Source of the DNA: Pyrodictiaceae archaeon
Lineage (GTDB): Archaea; Thermoproteota; Thermoprotei_A; Sulfolobales; Pyrodictiaceae
DNA: 64,000 nt
Reading direction: 5' to 3'
Assembly: GCA_027036135.1 (NCBI GenBank)
Contig: JALVSY010000007.1
Span: 1,156,880 to 1,220,879 of the forward strand
The translations under genes were made by a program, and so were the position numbers. Every line of letters starts with the position of its first letter. The stretch's first letter is position 1. The notes beneath the pieces are model-generated. The model searched no databases, was not told the DNA's origin, and saw only the letters and a program-made list of their open reading frames with translations. Shown one piece after another: positions 1-8,881 of this stretch.

Positions 1-816
1 CCTCAGTACATCGATTATCGCCTTGTCTGGCTGGGGATCCCCTGGGTAAACACTCTCTACGCGAACCCCGCCAGCAATAGCCCCCGCGGCTAGTAGCGCT
101 GCAGCGCTACTCCAGTCACCCGGTACACGGTACCTCGTGGGCCTAGGAGAGCCCCTTGCAGCGAACCATGAGTAATCTCTGCGCTCGACCTGGGCACCAA
201 AGGCCTCGAGAACGACAACGCTTATATCAACATAGGGTCTGGACTCGAGGCCCACGACACTTATCTCTAGCTCGCTGAGCCCGGCACCGAGGAAGAGCAG
301 CGCCGACAAGTACTGGCTACTCTCCCGCGCATCAACCACGGTGCGGCCACTGGTAACCGGGCCCTGGACGACATGAGGCGGGCAACAACACCCCGAGACG
401 AGGTAACGGGCCCCGAGAACCGCCATAGCCTCGAGCAAGGGCCTAACCGGCCTCTCATGAAGCCTCCCAGAACCATAAACAAGCACAGGCTTATCGAGGA
501 GCCCTAGGACACCGGTAACAAGCCTCATAGTAGTACCAGACTCCCCCGCATCAATACACCGGGGCCAACGAAGCCCCCTGGGCCCAGGAGACTCCACGAC
601 AACCCTATCTCGGCTCCTCCGCGCCTCAGCGCCCATGGCCCTAACCGCCTCGAGAGTCGCAAGGGTATCACTACTCCACAACGGGTTCTCGATAATGCTA
701 GTACCACGAGCCAGCAACGCAGCGAGAAGAGCACGATGAGTATAGCTCTTAGAAGGAGGAGCCCTCACAACACCACTAACACTACCCGGGTAGACAACGA
801 CAGCCCTGTTACTCAT
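1..816 (-). CDS. aroA: 3-phosphoshikimate 1-carboxyvinyltransferase (EPSP synthase), N-terminal part, multiply frameshifted, runs off window start
   Basis: Manual minus-strand translation from ATG 816: MSNRAVVVYPGSVSGVVRAP, then after a one-base shift SKSYTHRALLAA; further on SRPYVDIS and YRVPGDWSSAA, all EPSP synthase motifs. Several frame breaks. Confidence 0.85.
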   Translation of the reverse strand, partial: MSNRAVVVYPGSVSGVVRAPPSKSYTHRALLAALLARGTSIIENPLWSSDTLATLEAVRAMGAEARRSRDRVVVESPGPRGLRWPRCIDAGESGTTMRLVTGVLGLLDKPVLVYGSGRLHERPVRPLLEAMAVLGARYLVSGCCCPPHVVQGPVTSGRTVVDARESSQYLSALLFLGAGLSELEISVVGLESRPYVDISVVVLEAFGAQVERRDYSWFAARGSPRPTRYRVPGDWSSAAALLAAGAIAGGVRVESVYPGDPQPDKAIIDVLR

Positions 817-972
817 TATTACACCCTAGGGACCCCATAGCGAGCTTCGTAACAAGTCCCTCTTAGGGGGCTTGTCCAGGGTTCTTCTATTACTTAGGTA
901 TACCCTAGCCTACGAGATTATATGAGTAGAGACAAGGACTATGACGGTATCGCAGCGAGCAGGTTACTAAAA

Positions 973-1536
973 CTACTCCTTTCTCCTACTGTGTTTTTCT
1001 AGGCAAAGCTCACTAAGCATCCCAGCTATGTACCTTATTACACGGTACGATAGGAGGGCCCCGAGAACCACTAGCGTGATAGAGAGGAGGATTACCTCGT
1101 AGTACGTGGTGCTCGTTAGCTTGCTCTTATAGTTGAGGGCTACTATTGGTAGTATTGCTCCGCTCACGATCACCGATAATAGTAATGGGAGGACAACAAT
1201 CAAGGCGACATGGACGCGCCTAGGCAGGAGAGCAAAACAAAGCTCCAGCTCAACCAGCCCTACCCCCTTCCTAAAAGCTCTATATAAGTACACCACGTAA
1301 GCGACAAGGAAGACCAGAACAGCAACCCCTACACCGATTAGAGAGACACGGGCCCCAAGCTCTGAGGCACCAGAGCTTCTACGAGACAACTCAAGGAAAA
1401 CATCCACAGCTATGGTAGCTATTATGCCCACGAACCCGGCTAAGAGAACTCCTTCCCGGCGACGACGAGCACCAATACCAGCAATAACACCGAAAACAGC
1501 ACCAATAATAACCAAGACAAACGAGACAGAACCCAT
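973..1536 (-). CDS. Small multi-pass membrane protein (paralog of 4178-4768 and 3560-4177); candidate immunity protein
   Basis: ORF with about 5 hydrophobic segments; GGAGG-like RBS before ATG 1536; aligns by eye with the 4178 ORF (GARRR / SARRR, GVxLV...C...xxVxVAxxVxLP). Confidence 0.75.
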   Translation of the reverse strand: MGSVSFVLVIIGAVFGVIAGIGARRRREGVLLAGFVGIIATIAVDVFLELSRRSSGASELGARVSLIGVGVAVLVFLVAYVVYLYRAFRKGVGLVELELCFALLPRRVHVALIVVLPLLLSVIVSGAILPIVALNYKSKLTSTTYYEVILLSITLVVLGALLSYRVIRYIAGMLSELCLEKHSRRKE

Positions 1537-1599
1537 CCCTAGCCCTCCAGCTTCAAACAATAATAATGACGAGATTCGGTAAAAACGGTTCTAATCAGG

Positions 1600-1788
1600 T
1601 TAGGAATGACATATAAAGAGACATATTGCTGCGTTAACCCCAGCGTCCACAAGGAGGCAGAGAACACAAGCTGGACATGTTATCTCTAACGGCGTATATA
1701 GGCAAGGGAGACAAACCCTAAGGCGTATACTAGCAATGCTCTGCATAAAGTGCTCAGCAAGACATTCTGCTACGCATTGCCGGTAACC
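1600..1788 (-). pseudogene. Cys-rich peptide cassette 1 (62 codons, 9 Cys), apparently 5'-truncated
   Basis: Manual translation: GYRQCVAECLAEHFMQSIASIRLRVCLPCLYTPLEITCPACVLCLLVDAGVNAAICLFICHS*. Internal ATG at 1746 could give a 48 aa peptide. Not in the ORF track. Confidence 0.6.
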
Positions 1789-1797
1789 TTACCGGCA
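1778..1797. repeat. Perfect 9-bp inverted repeat TGCCGGTAA-CC-TTACCGGCA
   Basis: Read directly; contains the stop codon that bounds the 5' side of Cys-rich cassette 1. Confidence 0.7.
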
Positions 1798-1896
1798 TCT
1801 ATGCATTAATCTAGCGGAATAGGCTACGAAGCCTGACAAGCTCGTAGTAGACAATGGTGAGGTGAGAGGGGACATAGCGAGACGAGGTAGAAACAA

Positions 1897-2319
1897 GTGT
1901 TAGGCAAGAAAAAGACTAGACGGAAGTGCGTAATTCACTATCCTACTATAAAGACGCTTCTCCACGCAGTAGAGAAACTAAGACAACTTTACCCAGAGGA
2001 TCACATACACGTAGTCTCTAGAAGCGCCCTAGAGGACGCTGTTTCAGCTGCTAAATTCGCCGCCACATTTACGAGAGAATCATGCAAAGAGAAGAAACTC
2101 GTAGCTGCAGCCACGCTCTTCTATGAGCTAGTAACTAGGCACCCGCTGAGCGATGGTAATAAGAGACTAGCAACAGTTGTGTTAGCAGCGTTTTTGAAGA
2201 AGAACTCGTTGAAGACACCATGGCCAGGTAGGGTTTGGAAAGTAGCTGTCCACGTAGCTACTGGCGAGTGGGATATTGAGAGAACGAAGCGCTGGCTTGA
2301 AAGAATTCAGCACGAGTAG
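1897..2319 (+). CDS. Fic/Doc family protein (death-on-curing-type toxin)
   Basis: HPLSDGNKR matches the Fic motif HPFxDGN(G/K)R; size typical of Doc. True start may be slightly downstream. Confidence 0.88.
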   Translation: MLGKKKTRRKCVIHYPTIKTLLHAVEKLRQLYPEDHIHVVSRSALEDAVSAAKFAATFTRESCKEKKLVAAATLFYELVTRHPLSDGNKRLATVVLAAFLKKNSLKTPWPGRVWKVAVHVATGEWDIERTKRWLERIQHE

Positions 2320-2325
2320 GGACGA

Positions 2326-2460
2326 CTACGCCTTGGCTGGCTTCTTAGCAGCTTTGAGATCATATTCTCTGAGCTTATCCAGGTCTTCACGGTATTCCTG
2401 TATAGCCCAGTCTATGGCTTCTCTCCACGTCACGGCTTTCTTGTGCTTCCTTGTAGGCAT
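2326..2460 (-). CDS. Small charged protein, possible antitoxin for the Fic/Doc protein
   Basis: MPTRKHKKAVTWREAIDWAIQEYREDLDKLREYD...; the EYxEDLxxL helix resembles short Doc-associated antitoxins. Convergent with the toxin. Confidence 0.45.
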   Translation of the reverse strand: MPTRKHKKAVTWREAIDWAIQEYREDLDKLREYDLKAAKKPAKA

Positions 2461-2833
2461 GGATTCCTGCCCATGTATAGGATAGAGGTGGTCTAGCTTT
2501 GAGTTTTGTGGAGTACCGTGAGGCAATCAACTATGTTTAGGTCTTATACAGGCTTTAGATCAATGGGCTAAGACGGCGCGCTTCTGCAACGCATACATTG
2601 AGCGCTCTCGCCTGCGCCTTTTATCAATACTTGCCAAGAAACGCCTAGGATGATGCACGAGAAAGCAATAATAATAATAGTAATGGATTTCAATGTGTGG
2701 TGTTGTTTCAGTTATAGTAGGCTTAATAGATAGTCTCGTAGGGGACTCGTAGCTGCTATCCATATGTCTTTTTCTGTGAGCAAGTAATCGCATATACCAG
2801 CGCGTGTAACTATATCCTATTATATGACGGTGC

Positions 2834-2934
2834 TTGAGCTATATCGAGGCCATGCTAATAGGTTGCGCAGCGTGTGTAGCGTATGTAGCAGAGTGTTCTG
2901 GTGCAACATATGGGTGCTTGCATGCTGTACTTGA
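2834..2934 (+). pseudogene. Degenerate Cys-rich peptide cassette 2
   Basis: LSYIEAMLIGCAACVAYVAECSGATYGCL; a one-base shift gives ...CCT* with TGA at 2932-2934, immediately before the GGAGGGG RBS of the next gene. In-frame stops upstream. Confidence 0.4.
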
Positions 2935-2947
2935 GGAGGGGTACCAA

Positions 2948-3298
2948 GTGAAGGAGCCCTCTACCCTCAAGCTTTTTCTCATACTTTTTGTAAAGATATT
3001 CCTACTAGTAGCGATAATATTGCACGAGTTTACTCCCTTAAATCCCGTCTTTGGCCCTATGCAGGCCGTGATAGCTCTTGCTATTATCTTTGTTCTCTCT
3101 ATAAGGAAGAGACTAGGACATTGCTTATCGTTGCTCACCGATCTCATTATAGCCTTGGACTTGTCTACGTACTTTATCGAGTTAGCGCCAAGGGAGTTCG
3201 AGGCTGCTAAGCCCTTGTTAAACCCTGGTTACTCGTTGCTCTTTCTCAGCCTAATCCTCGTGGTATTTGCACTAGCTAGGCTCATGGTGGAGGAGTGA
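2948..3298 (+). CDS. Small 4-TM membrane protein; candidate immunity protein
   Basis: GTG 2948 preceded by GAGGAGGGG; four hydrophobic segments. The ORF track fuses it to the upstream Cys-rich remnant. Confidence 0.65.
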   Translation: MKEPSTLKLFLILFVKIFLLVAIILHEFTPLNPVFGPMQAVIALAIIFVLSIRKRLGHCLSLLTDLIIALDLSTYFIELAPREFEAAKPLLNPGYSLLFLSLILVVFALARLMVEE

Positions 3299-3314
3299 AT
3301 CTTGTGCTTACTAG

Positions 3315-3497
3315 CATCCTTGCTACACCAGTAGGGGATGGGCATGGGACTCTCCGGGCTTGATACGAGATTGGCTTGTTTATGGCTTTACGTGCTACGA
3401 GGAGAGTGCAATACGGTTTCCAGAGACTTGCCTGCCCTGCCTAGCATGTGTGGGGGTAGCGGCTACGTTTTGCGCTATAGAGTGCGCACTTATCTAA
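3315..3497 (+). pseudogene. Cys-rich peptide cassette 3, apparently 5'-truncated
   Basis: Manual translation: ...LIRDWLVYGFTCYEESAIRFPETCLPCLACVGVAATFCAIECALI*; possible TTG at 3360. Shares TCxxCxxC...CxxxC with cassette 1. Confidence 0.6.
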
Positions 3498-3559
3498 TCT
3501 ATTTTGTCCTATTTTTTCTCGGGTAAGCATCTCTTTTCTCTTATCGTAGGAGGTGCGTC

Positions 3560-4177
3560 TTGGTGGGGAGAAGGCATCTTATCTATACTATTGTGGCTGC
3601 TGCTCTGGTTCTCTTGGTGGATTTAATTGGGTATCCCCGCATATTTGGTCTCGCCGATATAGTTGTTAGTGCGGTATTGATAGGTGTTGCTGTATGGGCG
3701 GCCTCGGCCTATGACCGGGGAAGGCTTGATCGCTACACCATCGGCCTCTTAGTGGCCATGGGCATCGTGTTGGCCCAGGTAATTATTTCTCTGAGTCTTA
3801 GCCCTCATAGCCTCTTCATGGTTGTGCTGGGAATGGGTATTCTCATGGGTTATCTTGTCTTTGGTGCGTTGTATTACTTGGGGCGGAGGAGGGGGCTTCG
3901 TCTCTCAGATATTAATATGTGCTCTTTGGCTGATAGGCGTGTCCTCTACGCCTCTATGCTGGCTACTCTCCTAGTCATAGTAGTAGTTGGTGGCGTTGCG
4001 TATGCTCTGCTGGCTTACTGGTATAGGGCTAGGCTTGGCCACTGCATTGCCTGGAGAGAAGCAGTTGACTGGGTAATCATCCTCATAAGCATCTATGCAG
4101 CGTACAGGCTCATGGAGTGGAGCGTGGAGAAGTGCGCAACCCTTAAGAGAGGGAGCGTGAGCCATGGGTTCTCCTGA
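3560..4177 (+). CDS. Multi-pass membrane protein; candidate immunity protein
   Basis: GGAGGTG RBS, about 6 hydrophobic segments; RGLRLSDINMCSLADRRV resembles RGVRLVQVMECIYLDRSV of the next gene. Confidence 0.75.
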   Translation: MVGRRHLIYTIVAAALVLLVDLIGYPRIFGLADIVVSAVLIGVAVWAASAYDRGRLDRYTIGLLVAMGIVLAQVIISLSLSPHSLFMVVLGMGILMGYLVFGALYYLGRRRGLRLSDINMCSLADRRVLYASMLATLLVIVVVGGVAYALLAYWYRARLGHCIAWREAVDWVIILISIYAAYRLMEWSVEKCATLKRGSVSHGFS

Positions 4178-4768
4178 GTGATTCCTAGCTTTTTGATTCA
4201 CTCATTGCACTGTAGTAGGGTGCTCGGTGGCTTGGTTGGTGTTGTCGAGGCACTGGTTATCTCCGCTGGTGTCGTCGCTGGCGTGGTGGTCGCTGTTAGT
4301 GCTAGGAGGAGGGCTTGGAGAAACTACGTTGCTGGCCTCATGGCTCTTCTCGTGACCGATGCTGTGTGGGGGCTCCTTCAGCTACGGGGCCAGGAGTATA
4401 ACGCTCCAAGTGTCATGGCGTTTATCGGGTCCTTGGCGAGCATCGCTGTACTACTCATCTACGTGCTTGTCGCCGAGCTACGTGGAGTAAGGCTCGTGCA
4501 AGTAATGGAGTGCATTTACCTGGATAGAAGCGTCCTCGTCGCAATAGTAGTTCTGCCCACGGCGCTAATATTCCTCGCCGGGGGACTAGTGGTTATAGCT
4601 GTGGTTGTTCTTAGCCCGGGGAACCAGCCATTCATAATCAACGCGGAGGTAGTGGCTCTAGCCACTGGCATGACCATCGCTGGGTTCCTCGGCGTACGCG
4701 CCTCGATAAACAAGTTATCGAGCTGCATAAGGGCGGCGAAGAAGACTAGCGGGAAGAGAAAAACATAA
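4178..4768 (+). CDS. Multi-pass membrane protein, paralog of 973-1536
   Basis: About 5 hydrophobic segments; colinear similarity with the 973 ORF. Start probably near 4232. Confidence 0.75.
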   Translation: MIPSFLIHSLHCSRVLGGLVGVVEALVISAGVVAGVVVAVSARRRAWRNYVAGLMALLVTDAVWGLLQLRGQEYNAPSVMAFIGSLASIAVLLIYVLVAELRGVRLVQVMECIYLDRSVLVAIVVLPTALIFLAGGLVVIAVVVLSPGNQPFIINAEVVALATGMTIAGFLGVRASINKLSSCIRAAKKTSGKRKT

Positions 4769-4897
4769 CAACGGTAAAAGGTCTCGAAAAGTGCCAGATG
4801 GTCTTGCTAGTCCTTGTTATCGATACAGCGCCTATCGCCTAGGGGCTCACGGCTTCCCTTGCATAGCTTCCCACGTTTTCCTCGGCGTCTTTACTAG

Positions 4898-5251
4898 CTA
4901 GTATAGCTGCTCAAGCCTCCTCGTGGCTCTGAGGAAGAGCTTTGCCCTGTTTTCATCAACTACTATGAGGTTTATTGGGTAGTCCCAGGGCAGTCCAAGC
5001 CTGAATGCCTCATCCCATATCCTTATGGAGGCCTCGATGAGGTCTCGGCTACTATGCCTCCCTGGAAGTATTACTAGGATATCGACGTCGCTTAGCGCGG
5101 TATAGGTTCCTTCGGCCACGCTTCCTATGAGGTATACGCGTGCGCTTGGCGCAATCCTCTTCACGGCCTCGACTACGTATCTTGCGTAGTGTCTCCACTC
5201 GCGTAGGAGCCTAAGCCTCTCCAGCGCTAGCTTCTCCCATGTTAGTTGCAA
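4898..5251 (-). CDS. Minimal nucleotidyltransferase (MNT) antitoxin
   Basis: VYLIGSVAEG...SDVDILV motif; overlaps the HEPN gene. Confidence 0.9.
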   Translation of the reverse strand: MQLTWEKLALERLRLLREWRHYARYVVEAVKRIAPSARVYLIGSVAEGTYTALSDVDILVILPGRHSSRDLIEASIRIWDEAFRLGLPWDYPINLIVVDENRAKLFLRATRRLEQLY

Positions 5252-5666
5252 GCCTCTCCACCTCCTCCAGGAGGCTCCACAGCCTCTTCGCTACCGAGAC
5301 GAGCTTGGAGGCAAGCTCATGGTCGTATTCCAAGTGGCCATACCTGGTAAGCGTGTAGGCATCCTCGAGTGCCCCGAGTAGGCTGCGATAAGTCCTAGTG
5401 AACTCGTCTATCCTTTCGGCGGCCTGGACTAGGCCTGCCCGGAGCAAATTATTCCTCATCAAGCCCAGCAGCCATCTAACACTATGACTGCGTGGCGTAA
5501 CGCCCCAGAGTCTATAAATAATTGCTTTTAGCCTGAGCTGCACAGCTTGTTCAGCATTAAACACAGCTAGATCATACTCTCCTTTCCCGAGAAGGTCTTC
5601 GGCAAGGCTCAAGAATGCACGGGCCCGTCTAGCTAGTAGCCTATAGTAGTCACCACTCATAGCCAT
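5211..5666 (-). CDS. HEPN domain protein
   Basis: YDLAVFNAEQAVQLRLKA, RSHS, LEDAYTLTRY; RBS GGAGG before ATG 5666. Confidence 0.9.
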   Translation of the reverse strand: MAMSGDYYRLLARRARAFLSLAEDLLGKGEYDLAVFNAEQAVQLRLKAIIYRLWGVTPRSHSVRWLLGLMRNNLLRAGLVQAAERIDEFTRTYRSLLGALEDAYTLTRYGHLEYDHELASKLVSVAKRLWSLLEEVERLATNMGEASAGEA

Positions 5667-5743
5667 GCCTCCAAGGAAAATATTGACGAGGTGTAGCGGG
5701 GTTATGCCAAGTAAATAGTAAATCCTATGGGTAATTATTGTTT

Positions 5744-6970
5744 CTATGTACATAGAGTCTCAAGTGATTTAACGATTTGCTTGTACATTTCCTCGAGTCC
5801 TTGGCGAGGTTCTCCCTGTTTCTCCTTGCTTTCTTCATCTCTATAGGTTTCCTCGGGCCTAGCAGTATATGTTTCGTAGAGTAGTTTGAGTATGGCTACT
5901 CTAGTGACCCTGTTAGCTGGCGCGATGACGCTGGGGATGCCTATGCCTCCGCCTCCGCAGCCGTGGTGGCAGCTTGTGTTGCACTCCCTGTTCCAGCCAT
6001 AGATCCCTAGGTATCTTGGGTCGCCGTATTGTAGTATGTTTTCCTGTACGAGCTTCTCTACGAGTTCTCTATAATTGTTTGCTTCATCGGCTCCTAGAGA
6101 GGTTTGGGCAACCTGGTAGAGCAGGGCTGTGGTATTCGGGGTTTCCCGGGCTATGTCTCTGAGCCTGAGAATGGCTTGCTCATATAGCGCGCATACTTTG
6201 TCAACGCCGTAGGCGCGCGTGGATAGTAGTAGCTGTGGATGCCCACCAATAACCTCCATTAATTCCCTGTCTATTCCGTATTCCCTTGCCAATGCCTCGG
6301 AGTCCCTTAGCGTCATCTCGCCGAGGTAGAACGGGACAACGTAGAGAGGGCTAATAGGGCTACGCAATGCCCGGAGGCAAAAAGCATAGTCACTCGTAAC
6401 CATTACGAGCTTCGCTCCCAGGCCCTCTAGGGCTAACTCGTGCTGAATATCTGCAACAAGCTTGATGAAGCCACGTATAGCCTCGTCCTCTAGGCTGAGC
6501 AGGTACTGGGCCTCATCAATAACTATGACTGTGCCCTTCTCGCTGCTCTTGGCAGCTAGCCTTAGGAGAAACCTATAGTACTCCTCCACTCCCTGCCTAT
6601 AGAAGAGGCTCACTATGCCACTAAGCTCCTGCTCGGCCCCAAGAACTTTCTCAACGAGGACGCCTAGCCCAAGCTCAGCTGCAACCCTCTTAACGAGGCT
6701 ACCAGCTATCCCTAGGCTGCGCACCACGCCCCCCAATAGCTCCTCGAGAACCTTTTCCCGGCTCACCGGGCCAAGGCACTGCAGCGCTACATACGCTGTG
6801 CCATAGCCCTCGTTTCGCAGCTTCTCAGAGCCTCTAGGACGAGCCTCGTCTTACCTATACCACTAGGGGCCGTAGACTAGGACAACGTCCTTAGGGCTCT
6901 CAAGCGACGGTCTAATGTACTTAACTAGGCGCCTAAGCTCGCAGACTCGGCTAACGAATCTCTCTGTCAA
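5744..6970 (-). CDS. Archaeal AAA-type ATPase (ATPase_2-like), two compensating frameshifts near 6866 and 6825
   Basis: Manual extension upstream of the 5744-6766 ORF gives FVSRVCEL...VYGP|SGIGKT (Walker A across a shift); Walker B IVIDEAQ and IGGHP within the ORF. Confidence 0.75.
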
Positions 6971-7095
6971 CTCTCCTCTTGTCCCCACTACGTTATTCCT
7001 AGCAAGCGAGTACCTAATAGCCTGAACTAGGCACAATAAGAGACTAAATAGAGAGCCCCTGCGATATCAGGCAGTGCTAAGGAGGGATAAGTTAC

Positions 7096-7986
7096 TTGGC
7101 CGCCGAGCGTGCTAGTGCCAGGGCTCACGCGGGTCTTGGCATTATTAATGCTATTGGCTCTGGAGGCTTTGGGGCCGCGACTGCCCTGGATCTATGGCTG
7201 CGCCTAGAGGCTTGGCGGTGCAATAGCAGCGGGGGCTACGTGGTTACTCGTGGCGAGCGCGTCGAAGTAGCTAGGGACATACTTGACTCAGTGACCAGTG
7301 TCGTCTCCGAGTACGCTGGCCGCGGCCTCCCGGGGCTGTGTACGAGGGGCTGGTCAGAGATACCCCTCGAGGCTGGGCTTAAGGGGAGTAGTGCCCTCAT
7401 AAACGCGCTGATACTGGCAGCGCTGGAGCTTGTGGGGGCTAGTGATCCTGGGCTGGAGATGTTGGCGAGGCTGGGGGTTAGGGCGGCGCGGCTAGCAGGC
7501 CTAACAGTCACAGGGGCTCTTGACGATCACCTCGTGGTCAGTGGGTGCGGTACCTACCTCACAGATAACCCTGGGCAACGAGTACTGGGCCACCTCGATG
7601 GCCCGGAGCGCTTCGTGGCGATAATTGTCCCGGGTAGGAGGAGTATAAGGAGCATAGAGCCAGGAGAGTTCCGCGCCTATGCTCCGCTCTACCTTGTTGC
7701 TTGGAGGCTCCTAGAGAAAGGAGAGTGGGGCCCAGCAGCCCTGGTCAATGGTGTCGCGACGAGCCTGGCGACGAGCACTTCTCCGAGAACCCTAGTAGAC
7801 CTAGTAGACATGGGCGCTGAGACAGCAGGGGTCTCGGGCAAGGGGCCAGCAATCTACGCGGTCACGGAGACCAGGGAGAAGGCCGAGAAAATAGCAACGG
7901 TTATGCAGAGAAAACATGGCGGCGAGGCACTTGTCACGCACACAATCCCGTGCACCGCGCAAAAGAGGAGAGAACCCTCTAGCTAG
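7096..7986 (+). CDS. aroK: Archaeal shikimate kinase (GHMP family)
   Basis: GIINAI, SEIPLEAGLKGSSA, TVTGALDD, GVSGKGP motifs. Confidence 0.9.
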   Translation: MAAERASARAHAGLGIINAIGSGGFGAATALDLWLRLEAWRCNSSGGYVVTRGERVEVARDILDSVTSVVSEYAGRGLPGLCTRGWSEIPLEAGLKGSSALINALILAALELVGASDPGLEMLARLGVRAARLAGLTVTGALDDHLVVSGCGTYLTDNPGQRVLGHLDGPERFVAIIVPGRRSIRSIEPGEFRAYAPLYLVAWRLLEKGEWGPAALVNGVATSLATSTSPRTLVDLVDMGAETAGVSGKGPAIYAVTETREKAEKIATVMQRKHGGEALVTHTIPCTAQKRREPSS

Positions 7987-8881
7987 GGGCTACGAGTTCC
8001 TCCTCGGTCCCCAATGCACCCTTCTCGCCTATGCCCGCGCCCACGATGAATGGCTTGTGGCCGAGCACCGGGACCAGTATGCGCGCAGCGCGCTCAGCAG
8101 CCCCGGGGCCGCCTCCAACTATGACTAGGTGGCCCAGGTACGGGTCAACACCAGCACCGATAGCCCCCTCCTCTAGCGCGGCCTTCCTAGCCTTATCCAC
8201 GGCCTCGGCCACCACAGCGTCCCACGGCGATGGCTGGGAGAGGAACCCTTGCGGCCTCTCGTCCCAGCCACCGCTAGCGACGTGGCCGATTAGCGCCCCT
8301 AGCCCGGTAACGATTTGCCTCACCCGGTCAATAGTCACCATTACCTCCTCGCCTCGGGGCAGCTCTGCTCCAGCCTCAACAACATAGATGCTCCACGAGG
8401 GTCTACCCGGTAGCCTCGCATAGAGCGCGGGATTCTCTGAACCAGCAGCCACCCCGCCATAGAGCGCAGCAGCGACTAGAGGAGCCATCGGGGACCCTGC
8501 GGCCTCAGCAACCACGCTGTTAAGAACCCTGGCAAGATCCATGGGCGCAGGCTCAACGCCTAGTAAGTTGATAAGGGCAGCAGCGACCCCGGCGACAACA
8601 GAGGCCACGGGGCTCAGGCTCGGAGACGCGAGCCAAAGCCTTACCCGGAGCCGAGCCTCCTCACCCATCTCCTCCAAGAGCCTAGAAGCAGCCAAGTAAG
8701 CAGCCCGGGCCACGGTCCCAGTAGCCCCGCTAACCTCTACACTGATACCCTCCTCGCCGAGAAGCTCTACTACAACACGGGCCTCTACACGGTCAAGGGC
8801 AGCTCCGAGTGCCCCCGCTGCGATGCCTGGGAGAGAGACGACGCTCGGAGCGAGGGATGTGTAGCTCTTGACAGAAGCCAT
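7979..8881 (-). CDS. Divergent GHMP-kinase fold protein (homoserine kinase-like)
   Basis: Overall layout and VAAALYGG, ALEEGAIGAG resemble homoserine kinase, but the PxxxGLGSS loop is degenerate. RBS supports ATG 8881. Confidence 0.55.
   Translation of the reverse strand: MASVKSYTSLAPSVVSLPGIAAGALGAALDRVEARVVVELLGEEGISVEVSGATGTVARAAYLAASRLLEEMGEEARLRVRLWLASPSLSPVASVVAGVAAALINLLGVEPAPMDLARVLNSVVAEAAGSPMAPLVAAALYGGVAAGSENPALYARLPGRPSWSIYVVEAGAELPRGEEVMVTIDRVRQIVTGLGALIGHVASGGWDERPQGFLSQPSPWDAVVAEAVDKARKAALEEGAIGAGVDPYLGHLVIVGGGPGAAERAARILVPVLGHKPFIVGAGIGEKGALGTEEELVAPS

Noticed and set aside
267-734. ORF-track peptides 267-482 and 525-734
   Set aside because: Largely out-of-frame pieces of the frameshifted aroA gene, not independent genes.
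3338-3526. 62 aa ORF in the track
   Set aside because: The overlapping frame 3315-3497 carries the conserved Cys motif and is the more plausible coding frame.
2402-4077. 21/26-nt inverted similarity between 2402-2427 and 4052-4077 (WREAIDW versus WREAVDW)
   Set aside because: Short, lies within two otherwise unrelated proteins and does not extend; treated as probable coincidence.
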